DNA of 37,127 nt. It comes from a virus (taxonomy: Duplodnaviria; Caudoviricetes). A program made the position numbers and the translations under genes. Shown piece after piece: positions 1-7,948 of this stretch. The stretch is taken from the IMG/VR virus record IMGVR_UViG_3300030708_000492, positions 1-37,127 of that record. One strand, 5' to 3'. Numbering within the stretch: the stretch's first letter is position 1; every line of letters begins with the position of its first letter. The notes under the pieces were generated by a model. That model was not told the origin of the DNA. It saw only the letters and a list, made by a program, of their open reading frames with translations, and made no database searches.

Positions 1-77
1 TCATCAGGTACTTTTGGCGAAAAAATGCGTATTACATCTGGTGGTAACGTTGGTATTGGAACTACTTCGCCTAGTTA
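1..77 (+). repeat. 77-bp exact direct repeat, copy 1 (copy 2 at 35989-36065)
   Basis: tcatcaggtacttttggcgaaaaaatg...acttcgcctagtta is identical at both places and diverges at the next base. Confidence 0.95.
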
Positions 78-3000
78 CAAATTAGATGTTGCTGGTACTA
101 CTTCAAACACAAATGTTAGAGTAAAAACAACAACAGGCAATGCTAATTATAGATTGCATACTAACAATTCACATTATGTTATAACAGGTGTTGGCACAAA
201 TAATCAATTGACAATATATGATTCAAATGCAGCGGCAGTAAGATTTCTTTTAGAATCTGATGGGCAAATTAAATTTAACACTTACGGTTCTGGCACATTT
301 ACCGGAACTGCAACACAACGTTTGGCTGTTGATAGTTCTGGTAACATAATAGAAGTGCCAATAGGTAGTGGTGCTGTTGATGGTTCTGGTGCAGCTAATA
401 AATTGGCTATCTGGTCTGATGCAGATACACTTACAAGTGATACTAATTTGCATTGGGACACAACTAACGACAGATTAGGAATTTCAACAACTTCACCTGG
501 CGGTAAATTACAACTTGACGAATATACAGTTGGTTCAAATGGCAGCCAAAGTATTTTTGGTAATTTGTCAAGTTTTTCTAATAGCGGTTCTGAAAATTTA
601 TTTTTAGGCATTAAAGATGCTTCATACCCAAACAGAGGTTGGGCATTTAACCCAGTAAACAATGGTGTAAATAGTGATCTAGTTATCAAAGAACATGGTC
701 AAACAGGTGAACGCATACGTATTCAAACTGGCGGTAGAGTAGGAATAGGCACTTCATCACCTGATGAATTATTAGACGTAGCTGGCTGGGCAAGAATGCA
801 GAATGGTGTTGTTGAAAATTCAATATATGTAGGTGATACTGTTACGCATTGGGGTGACGGTGGTACAGCTTTAAAATTTAACACTGATGAAATTCTTTTA
901 CAAACAGCATCTTCAACAGCTGTCACAATAGATTCATCTCAAAATGTCGGAATAGGAACTGCACCAGCTTCTGGCATGGAATTGCACGTTAATGGTAATA
1001 TTAGAGTTGATGCATCTGATGGGATAAAAGCTAGGGGGATATATGGTGATTATTTTTCTTCTGGTCAGAATATGACAATAAATGCTGGTGATAGTGGGGA
1101 TATAGTATTTGCTGATTCTGCTGGTACTAGGGCAGTTATTGATGATAATGGGCATTTAGGTATTGGCACAACTTCGCCTGTATCTAGTTATCAATTAACA
1201 ATTGAAGATGGTCAAACAGCTGGTATTGCATTAAGTGACACTGGACAATCTGGTGATTATCAATTTGCGGCTAATTCTGATTTATGTTATTGGCGTTATG
1301 ACGGTGATAATTCTAAAGCAATATTTTTAAAAAATTCAGGCAACGTAGGAATAGGCACAACTTCGCCTGGACAAAAACTTGAGGTAGCTGGTAGAATTAG
1401 GGTTACAACTGACCCTACTATTGAATTTTATGAAGCATCAAATAAAAGGGGTGGTATTCAATGGGATATAACAAATGATTATACAAATATATTTGCTGTT
1501 GGTGGTGATATAAGATTTGATATTGGTGGTGAAAAAATGCGTATCACTAGCGCTGGTTATTTAGGTGTAGGGTTAACTTCACCAGAAGAAAAATTAACAA
1601 TAAAATCAGGTAATATACAATTTAGACAAAATGCTTCAACGGCTGACACTTCAATAGGTTTTATTGGTTTTAAAAACACTTACGCAACAGGCACACACAT
1701 TGCCGCTAAAATAGACGTTTTAACAAGAGAAACTGGCAGTTCAGTACACGATTACACAAATATTTCTTTTCAAACTTGGAATGGTTATAATTCACTTGCA
1801 GAAAAATTTAGAATAAATGACAGTGGCAAAATAAAAATGAATACTTACGGTTCAGGTACTTTTACAGGCACTGCAACATATAGATTAGCAGTGGATTCAT
1901 CTGGTAATATAATTGAAATACCTATTGGTTCTGGTGCTGTTGACGGTAGTGGTACGGCTAATACAGTTACAATGTGGTCAGATGCAGATACGTTAACTGA
2001 TGCACCAATTACTATAAGTAGTAATAACGCAACTTTTGTTGGAAGTGTTCAAGCAGAAAATACTTTAATTCTAAATGGGTCAGGCAATGACACTATTAAT
2101 ACAACAAACGCATCTGTAAGAAGAGGATCATCTGGTGAAATATTTTTTGATGCACCTGGTCATGCTATTGTTAATATTGATACAAACAATAATAATACTG
2201 ATCGAATTTTTGCAGTAAGGAAAGATGCTGGCACAAGCAATTTATTTTCAGTAAATGAAAACGGAAATGCAACTTTTGCTGGTACGATTACATCAGGCAA
2301 TATAACAACAAATTCAAGAATAACATTTGATTATGGTGGTGACCATTATTTAGAAGCTGGGACAAATAGTTTAGCTTTTAAAACATCAGGTGGTTCAACA
2401 GTAGCATTAATTGATTATGCTAATAGTAGTGTAGGTATAGGAACTGCACCAGCTTCTGGGATGGAATTGCACGTTAATGGTAATATTAGAGCAGATGCAT
2501 CTGATGGTATAAAAGCTAGGGGGATATATGGTGATTATTTTTCTTCTGGTCAGAATATGACAATAAATGCTGGTAATAGTGGGGATATACTATTTGCTGA
2601 TTCTGCTGGTACTAGGGCAGTTATTGATGATAATGGGCGTTTAGGTATTGGCACTACTTCGCCAGGAAGAGATTTACAGATTGGTGATGGCTCAAGCGAT
2701 TCAGTATTAGCTATAGTAGCACCTACTACAGGATTATCACAAATAGGATTAGGTGATACAGATGATGATAATAGAATGCAAATAATTGCAGACCATAATC
2801 AAGAATTATTTTCTATTCAAACAGGTGGCGGTACTGCTGTAAATGGCAGTAAAGATAGATTAACAATTAAAGGTTCTGGTGAGGTTGGTATTGGAACTAT
2901 TTCGCCCGGCGCACCGTTAGATGTTAAATCTAATTCAACTTCATCAGCTGATTCTGGTATCAGATTAATTGCTAATGGTAGTTCAGATGTAATTGCTGCT

Positions 3001-5151
3001 ATTGGTGAAAAATCAACAAATGGTGGACGTTTTCATTTATACGATGGTGGTGTTGTTAAAGTTTCACTATATAGTGATGGTACTTCTAATTATATAGCTG
3101 CTGGAAACACAGGTATCGGTACTACTAATCCTAGTGAAAAGTTGCATGTGGCAACTTCAAATAATACTGTTGCTAAATTCGAATCAACAGACGCAAATGC
3201 TAATATAAGAATTGGCGACACTGTTGATAACACGCATATTGGTACTGATGGTGGCAAAACATATATTGGTGCTGACACGTCTGTTGGTGGCAATAATTTA
3301 ACAATACTTTCAGACGGAAGAGTTGGAATAGGAACTGGTTCGCCAACTGGTAAACTTAACATAGTTCAATCATCAACAACTGACCCAGCATTAAGATTAA
3401 CTGATGACGGAGTAGCAAGTTATGATTTTACGTTTCCAGACACATCAACTATTCAATTAGGGACAAACACAACAAGCGATAAAACTTTTAAATTAGTAAA
3501 TGCTGGTAGTGGTAATTTTAATATTTCAGTTGATAACGCAACTTTAAAATCTACTTCGCCTGAACTTTTATTCTCTGAAACTGGTAGTGGCACTTCTAAT
3601 AGAATATATGCTGATGGTGGCAATTTACACATTGATATAGACAATACAGCTAACGATAGTGGCAATTTAAAATTATTACATCAAGGAAATCAATTTGCAG
3701 TGTTTAAAGGCAGTACAGGTGCTTTAGGTATAGGAACTACTTCGCCTGGTGGTAATTTACACGTTGTTGGTTCTTCTGGTGGTGCTGGTCAAATATATCT
3801 TTCAGATCTTGATAATGGTTCAGGAACAAGTGATTCTTTGTTAATATCGAAATCAGGGACTAACGCATTCGTTTATAATAGAGATAGTGGTCAAATGTCT
3901 TTTGGTACAAACGATACAAGTAATATGCTTGTTATAGCAAATACAGGTAATGCAACTTTTAGTGGTAATATAACATTTGGTGATTCTCATTTTATAGGTG
4001 ATGATTCATTTGATAATTTACATATATTACCATCAAGCGGTGAAAACTTAGTTTTACAAGCACCTACTAATAACTATATTGATTTAAAAACACAGGGTGG
4101 TTCAACTATGGTTATTAAAGATAACAAAGTTGGAATAGGAACTACTTCGCCAAGTTCATTGCTACATTTAGAAAGTGCTTCTAGTCCATCATTACAATTA
4201 ACTGATACTTCACAAACAACTACTTTAAAATTATATGCACAAGACAGCAATACTCATATAGCTAATACAACTTCACATGACATGGTGTTTGACACTGCAA
4301 ACACTGAAAGAATGCGTATTGATTCCAGTGGTGATGTAATGATAGGCACAACTTCATCAAACGCTAAATTAACTATTAGAGCAGATTCAGGGTATGCGTT
4401 AAGAACAGAAAACGCATCTGGCAACACATTTAGAGTTGAAGCAAGTAGTGGTAATTTATACCCAGCTGGTAATATTTATATTTTAGATAGTAAAAAATTA
4501 AGATTAGGCGCAGATTCAGATTTACTAATATATCACGACACCAGTCATTCATACATTGAAGATACAGGCACAGGGCAGTTAAGATTAAAAAGTAATAGCC
4601 ACATTCAATTTCTTTCTGATACTAACGATTATCATGCAAGAATGATAAAAGACGAAGGCGTTGAGTTGTATTACGATAATAGTAAAAAGTTTGAAACTAC
4701 AAACACAGGAATTAGTGTTACAGGTACTATTGCAAGTAGAAACATTCCTGTTTTAATACACACTGGTTGGGGTGATGACACATCAACAACTAGTAATTTA
4801 ATTATTCCTTTAAGCAATTCTATTAATGAAACAACAGTATCAGCTGCTGATGGTCAACACTTTTTTATAGCGCCTAGTAATATGAAGGTTATAAAAGTTA
4901 TTATGAAAAACGTTTCTGGTTCTGTTAGTAGCAGTTTTACAACACAATTTAAATTGTATAAAAACGGCTCTGAATCTACTACTAGTAGTGAAATAGCACA
5001 ATCTACTAATGCAATAACATGGGAGCCGACAACAGGAAACAGTTTTGTTGAAGGAGATGAATTATCTTTAATTTATCAAAAAAGTGCAACAAGCAAATAT
5101 TGGCGTGAGGTATCACTTACAATAGTTTTAGAATTAATACACGATATATAA
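1..5151 (+). CDS. Giant repetitive fibre/adhesin protein, C-terminal part (5'-truncated; continues the ORF starting at 33763)
   Basis: Frame is open from base 1 (TCA TCA GGT ACT TTT GGC GAA AAA ATG). Many G/S/T/N-rich modules bounded by (E)xMRIxxxGNVGIGTTSP and NATFxG motifs. Bases 1-77 are identical to 35989-36065, in the same frame as the 33763 ORF. Confidence 0.85.
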   Translation, partial: SSGTFGEKMRITSGGNVGIGTTSPSYKLDVAGTTSNTNVRVKTTTGNANYRLHTNNSHYVITGVGTNNQLTIYDSNAAAVRFLLESDGQIKFNTYGSGTFTGTATQRLAVDSSGNIIEVPIGSGAVDGSGAANKLAIWSDADTLTSDTNLHWDTTNDRLGISTTSPGGKLQLDEYTVGSNGSQSIFGNLSSFSNSGSENLFLGIKDASYPNRGWAFNPVNNGVNSDLVIKEHGQTGERIRIQTGGRVGIGTSSPDELLDVAGWARMQNGVVENSIYVGDTVTHWGDGGTALKFNTDEILLQTASSTAVTIDSSQNVGIGTAPASGMELHVNGNIRVDASDGIKARGIYGDYFSSGQNMTINAGDSGDIVFADSAGTRAVIDDNGHLGIGTTSPVSSYQLTIEDGQTAGIALSDTGQSGDYQFAANSDLCYWRYDGDNSKAIFLKNSGNVGIGTTSPGQKLEVAGRIRVTTDPTIEFYEASNKRGGIQWDITNDYTNIFAVGGDIRFDIGGEKMRITSAGYLGVGLTSPEEKLTIKSGNIQFRQNASTADTSIGFIGFKNTYATGTHIAAKIDVLTRETGSSVHDYTNISFQTWNGYNSLAEKFRINDSGKIKMNTYGSGTFTGTATYRLAVDSSGNIIEIPIGSGAVDGSGTANTVTMWSDADTLTDAPITISSNNATFVGSVQAENTLILNGSGNDTINTTNASVRRGSSGEIFFDAPGHAIVNIDTNNNNTDRIFAVRKDAGTSNLFSVNENGNATFAGTITSGNITTNSRITFDYGGDHYLEAGTNSLAFKTSGGSTVALIDYANSSVGIGTAPASGMELHVNGNIRADASDGIKARGIYGDYFSSGQNMTINAGNSGDILFADSAGTRAVIDDNGRLGIGTTSPGRDLQIGDGSSDSVLAIVAPTTGLSQIGLGDTDDDNRMQIIADHNQELFSIQTGGGTAVNGSKDRLTIKGSGEVGIGTISPGAPLDVKSNSTSSADSGIRLIANGSSDVIAAIGEKSTNGGRFHLYDGGVVKVSLYSDGTSNYIAAGNTGIGTTNPSEKLHVATSNNTVAKFESTDANANIRIGDTVDNTHIGTDGGKTYIGADTSVGGNNLTILSDGRVGIGTGSPTGKLNIVQSSTTDPALRLTDDGVASYDFTFPDTSTIQLGTNTTSDKTFKLVNAGSGNFNISVDNATLKSTSPELLFSETGSGTSNRIYADGGNLHIDIDNTANDSGNLKLLHQGNQFAVFKGSTGALGIGTTSPGGNLHVVGSSGGAGQIYLSDLDNGSGTSDSLLISKSGTNAFVYNRDSGQMSFGTNDTSNMLVIANTGNATFSGNITFGDSHFIGDDSFDNLHILPSSGENLVLQAPTNNYIDLKTQGGSTMVIKDNKVGIGTTSPSSLLHLESASSPSLQLTDTSQTTTLKLYAQDSNTHIANTTSHDMVFDTANTERMRIDSSGDVMIGTTSSNAKLTIRADSGYALRTENASGNTFRVEASSGNLYPAGNIYILDSKKLRLGADSDLLIYHDTSHSYIEDTGTGQLRLKSNSHIQFLSDTNDYHARMIKDEGVELYYDNSKKFETTNTGISVTGTIASRNIPVLIHTGWGDDTSTTSNLIIPLSNSINETTVSAADGQHFFIAPSNMKVIKVIMKNVSGSVSSSFTTQFKLYKNGSESTTSSEIAQSTNAITWEPTTGNSFVEGDELSLIYQKSATSKYWREVSLTIVLELIHDI
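268..435 (+). repeat. Older internal module duplication (second copy at about 1831-1998)
   Basis: IKFNTYGSGTFTGTATQRLAVDSSGNIIEVPIGSGAVDGSGAANKLAIWSDADTLT versus IKMNTYGSGTFTGTATYRLAVDSSGNIIEIPIGSGAVDGSGTANTVTMWSDADTLT, with many synonymous differences. Confidence 0.9.
952..1178 (+). repeat. 227-bp near-identical fibre module, copy 1 (copy 2 at 2437-2663)
   Basis: About 8 mismatches in 227 bp by manual comparison; offset 1485 bp keeps the frame. Confidence 0.95.
1175..1301 (+). repeat. 127-bp direct repeat, copy 1 (copy 2 at 37001-37127, the window end)
   Basis: Identical except CAA versus TCA at 1213-1215/37039-37041; the last 87 bp match exactly. Confidence 0.95.
2437..2663 (+). repeat. 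227-bp near-identical fibre module, copy 2
   Basis: Matches 952-1178 (IGTAPASGMELHVNGNIR...DDNGxLGIGTTSP). Confidence 0.95.
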
Positions 5152-5154
5152 GAT

Positions 5155-5649
5155 ATGAGTTATTTTGAAAATTTAAATTTAGATAGTTATAATATAAAAA
5201 CTGACGGCAAAATTAGAAACATTGACGGCGGTTTACGTTTTGTTCCATACATTAATGGAGTAGATGACCCTATATATAAAGGTTGCATTGCTGATTTACT
5301 TGCGTTAGATTGGAGTAATTACAAATTATATTTAGTTGGCGGAGTTCTTGAAGGTTGGCCAACAACCGACATTGACATTTGTATTACAGGCGAAATTAAA
5401 AATGATCTTGTTAATTTAATGGAACAAGCACATAAACTTGCGCCATTTGATATGTATTACGTTAAATCTTTAGAAGAAATAAAAGGTACAGGTAACAGAA
5501 TATGGGAATTTGCAAAGCACACTGATAGAAAAAGTAAACGTTCAATTAGATGGAATGGACAATGGAAAACAGATGGTTTATTTTGGATGACAGAAAAATT
5601 TGACACTAAAGACAGAACATATACAAAAGAACCATTGTTGTTGAATTAA
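5155..5649 (+). CDS. Putative minimal nucleotidyltransferase (pol-beta superfamily)
   Basis: YLVGGVLEGWPTTDIDICI fits hG[GS]x(n)DhD; a later FDMYY could supply the third acidic residue. Confidence 0.6.
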   Translation: MSYFENLNLDSYNIKTDGKIRNIDGGLRFVPYINGVDDPIYKGCIADLLALDWSNYKLYLVGGVLEGWPTTDIDICITGEIKNDLVNLMEQAHKLAPFDMYYVKSLEEIKGTGNRIWEFAKHTDRKSKRSIRWNGQWKTDGLFWMTEKFDTKDRTYTKEPLLLN

Positions 5650-5653
5650 TTAT

Positions 5654-5661
5654 TATATTTG
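5654..5661 (+). promoter_or_regulatory. Bacteroidota-type -7 promoter element
   Basis: Intergenic TATATTTG matches TAnnTTTG, 17 nt before ATG 5679. Confidence 0.6.
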
Positions 5662-5678
5662 TATTAAAATTTAAAACA

Positions 5679-6005
5679 ATGGCAAATACTTACACATGGG
5701 ATATTCCAGCACTTGATTGCAGACCAAAAGAAGGCGATTTGTCAACTGTTGTTTACAATGTTCATTGGCGTTACAATGCTGATGACGGCAACGGAAACGT
5801 TGCTACTATAATTGGAACACAAACAGTAGAAGCGCCTGACCCAGATGATTTTAAACCTTATGATGATTTAACTAAAGAAATAGTAGTTTCTTGGATTGAA
5901 CCACAAATGAATATGGTTGAAATGAAATCTAACCTTGACGCACAAATAGCTGAAAAAGAAAACCCAACAACGGAAACACTACCATTACCAAGTGATAGTG
6001 AATAA
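5679..6005 (+). CDS. Hypothetical phage protein, probably fibre-associated
   Basis: 108 aa, acidic, TYTW...VVYNVHW...YDDLT...WI pattern; lies next to the fibre gene. Confidence 0.6.
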   Translation: MANTYTWDIPALDCRPKEGDLSTVVYNVHWRYNADDGNGNVATIIGTQTVEAPDPDDFKPYDDLTKEIVVSWIEPQMNMVEMKSNLDAQIAEKENPTTETLPLPSDSE

Positions 6006-6025
6006 TTAACAATAAAAACAGAAAA

Positions 6026-6265
6026 ATGGCAAATCTCGAAGAACAAGAATTTGAAAAATTAAAACAACATGAAGCTACAAAAAATGCAATTTTATTTGAC
6101 ATTGGAGCAATGGCTACGCAAACTAAAAAACTACATAAAGCGTTTGAAAATCTGGAAAATGATATGCAAACTTTTCGTGAAGAACTAGTTGCAAAGTATG
6201 GCAAAATTAATGTGGATTTAAAAGACGGTAGTTATACAGTTGTAGAAGAAGAAAATCAAGAGTAA
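6026..6265 (+). CDS. Small coiled-coil hypothetical protein
   Basis: 79 aa, heptad-like; TAATG overlap with the next gene. Confidence 0.7.
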   Translation: MANLEEQEFEKLKQHEATKNAILFDIGAMATQTKKLHKAFENLENDMQTFREELVAKYGKINVDLKDGSYTVVEEENQE

Positions 6266-6732
6266 TGGCGTTAATAAATGGAACATCTTTTGGTTTGTTC
6301 CATAACGGCAATATACTTGGACATTCCACACAAACTAAATTTTCACTTAGCGTTGACTTGCCTGAATCCACGACTAAAGAATCGGCAGGGTTCCAAGAAG
6401 TCATAGCTGGCGTTAGATCAGGAACAATATCAGTTTCTGCTTTAACTAATTATTCAGACAATTTAAATTTTGAGCAATTAGCAGATATGGTGCTAACACG
6501 TCAAGAAAATGAATTTGTTTTTGAACAATCTGCTTTTGAAGGACTACTGTTAATAGGTAACGCAATTATACAAAACGTTGAGGAAATAGCTGAAACAGAA
6601 AATGTTGTAAGTTTTGACATAGAATTACAGTTAACAGGGTTGTTTAGCATACAACAACAAGGCACTGACAGATATTGGAATACTACTGATGTTTTATGGG
6701 AAAATGCCAATTTTGAATGGCAAGTTGCTTAA
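6265..6732 (+). CDS. Tail tube-like protein, paralog 1 (TP901-1 MTP-like) with Trp-rich C-tail
   Basis: ING...LGHST...LSVDLPESTTKES.GFQEVIAGVRSGTIS, clearly homologous to 6785-7192. Confidence 0.75.
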   Translation: MALINGTSFGLFHNGNILGHSTQTKFSLSVDLPESTTKESAGFQEVIAGVRSGTISVSALTNYSDNLNFEQLADMVLTRQENEFVFEQSAFEGLLLIGNAIIQNVEEIAETENVVSFDIELQLTGLFSIQQQGTDRYWNTTDVLWENANFEWQVA

Positions 6733-6744
6733 TGAAAAAAATTG

Positions 6745-6752
6745 TATATTTG
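6745..6752 (+). promoter_or_regulatory. Bacteroidota-type -7 promoter element
   Basis: Intergenic TATATTTG ahead of the major tail gene. Confidence 0.65.
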
Positions 6753-6784
6753 TAACTAATATTTAATTATTTAAAAATAAAAAA

Positions 6785-7192
6785 ATGGCTACAACATCAG
6801 TATTTAATGGAACTAATTTAATTTTAAAGATTGAAACAGTAACACTAGGACATACAACTAGTTGTTCACTTACATTATCTAATGACTTGCCAGAAGCGAC
6901 AACCAAGAATTCAAACGGGTTCCAAGAAGTTATTGCTGGTGTTATTAGTGGTGAAATATCTTTTGAAGGATTAGTTGATTACAGTGATAGCGCCAACGCA
7001 ATTGAAATGGCAGATTATTTATTAGCTAGAACACAATTAACATGTGTTTTTGGTACTGCTGAAACAGGTGATGCAGTTTACACTGCTGAAGGGTTTTTAA
7101 GCTCTTTAGAACAATCAGCTGAAATGGAATCTCCAGTAAGTTATTCTGGTTCAATTACGTTAACTGGCAGTATTACAAAATCAACTAACTAA
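6785..7192 (+). CDS. Major tail (tube) protein, TP901-1-like
   Basis: NGT.L.L...LGHTTSCSLTLSNDLPEATTK.S.GFQEVIAG..SGEISFEG...YSGSITLTG; directly upstream of the chaperone and tape measure genes. Confidence 0.85.
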   Translation: MATTSVFNGTNLILKIETVTLGHTTSCSLTLSNDLPEATTKNSNGFQEVIAGVISGEISFEGLVDYSDSANAIEMADYLLARTQLTCVFGTAETGDAVYTAEGFLSSLEQSAEMESPVSYSGSITLTGSITKSTN

Positions 7193-7204
7193 TAGTTAAA
7201 AAAA

Positions 7205-7582
7205 ATGGCAAACAGAAAAAGAGGTTATTACTCAACTAAATTGGGTGGTAAAGTTCGCACAATGCATTTTTCAATGAATTTTTGGACGAATTTTACAGAT
7301 TTATTAGAAATACCAATTGAAAGAATTGGTGACATATTCCAAAAAGGAATTAACCTGTCAACTATAAGAGCGCTGATCTATTCGGCGCTTTTGGCTAATG
7401 ATCAAGAAAACAACAATGAAATAGATTACAATGTTTATACTGTTGGTTCTTGGTTAGATAATATGCCAGCAGAAAAAATAGAGGATATTGTTTCTGCAAT
7501 GATGGAATCAAAAATACTTGGCAACGATCTTAACGTTGGTATTAAACGTACTGTCACTAAAACTACAAAAAAGGGAAAGTAA
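7205..7582 (+). CDS. Tail assembly chaperone (lambda gpG analogue)
   Basis: Lies between tube and tape measure genes; ends in codons GGA AAG TAA at a slippery site. Confidence 0.85.
   Translation: MANRKRGYYSTKLGGKVRTMHFSMNFWTNFTDLLEIPIERIGDIFQKGINLSTIRALIYSALLANDQENNNEIDYNVYTVGSWLDNMPAEKIEDIVSAMMESKILGNDLNVGIKRTVTKTTKKGK
7573..7579 (+). other. Programmed -1 frameshift heptamer G GGA AAG
   Basis: Same heptamer as the lambda G/GT site, in the correct X XXY YYZ phase immediately before the stop. Confidence 0.85.
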
Positions 7583-7908
7583 AAAAGTCCATTAGTTGGG
7601 ACGACTTATTTGATTATTATATTGGACAAGTTGGAATTTCGCCAAACAACTTTTGGACTAACACTTGGAAAGAAAACCAACTACTAGGCGAATCGTATCA
7701 AATCAAACAAAATTTAGAGTGGGAGCGAACACGTTATTTAGCAATGATGTTATTTAACACAAATGTTGACAAACGTGCTAATATGATAACGCCTGATAAA
7801 TTATTTCCATTACCACAAGATGTTTATTTAGAACGTGGTAAACCAAAATCTACACGTGAACAATACGAAAAGTTTTTACAAAAAGTCAATAAGATCAAAA
7901 AAAAATAA
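7573..7908 (+). CDS. Frameshift extension of the tail chaperone (gpGT analogue, fusion about 234 aa); missing from the ORF track
   Basis: The -1 frame reads GKVKKSISWDDLFDYYIGQVGISPNNFWTNTWKE...EWERTRYLA...LFPLPQD to TAA 7906-7908; the first in-frame ATG is only at 7744. Confidence 0.85.
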   Translation, partial: GKVKKSISWDDLFDYYIGQVGISPNNFWTNTWKENQLLGESYQIKQNLEWERTRYLAMMLFNTNVDKRANMITPDKLFPLPQDVYLERGKPKSTREQYEKFLQKVNKIKKK

Positions 7909-7923
7909 CTAATTCATTTTTTG

Positions 7924-7931
7924 TATTTTTG
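7924..7931 (+). promoter_or_regulatory. Bacteroidota-type -7 promoter element
   Basis: TATTTTTG before the tape measure gene. Confidence 0.55.
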
Positions 7932-7948
7932 TTTTATAATCTTTTCAC

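Noticed and set aside
58-4152. TCG-CCN coding of Ser-Pro at most GIGTTSP junctions (13 of 18 counted over both fibre parts) as a site-specific recombination core
   Set aside because: The same NCG-CCN codon pair occurs in unrelated genes (for example near 7638, 10503, 11641, 14337, 25210 and 32899), so it looks like a genome-wide context bias. No recombinase is encoded.
1-5151. Diversity-generating retroelement or invertible shufflon behind the fibre repeats
   Set aside because: No reverse transcriptase or invertase is present, the repeats are direct and coding, and the mismatches are not adenine-specific.
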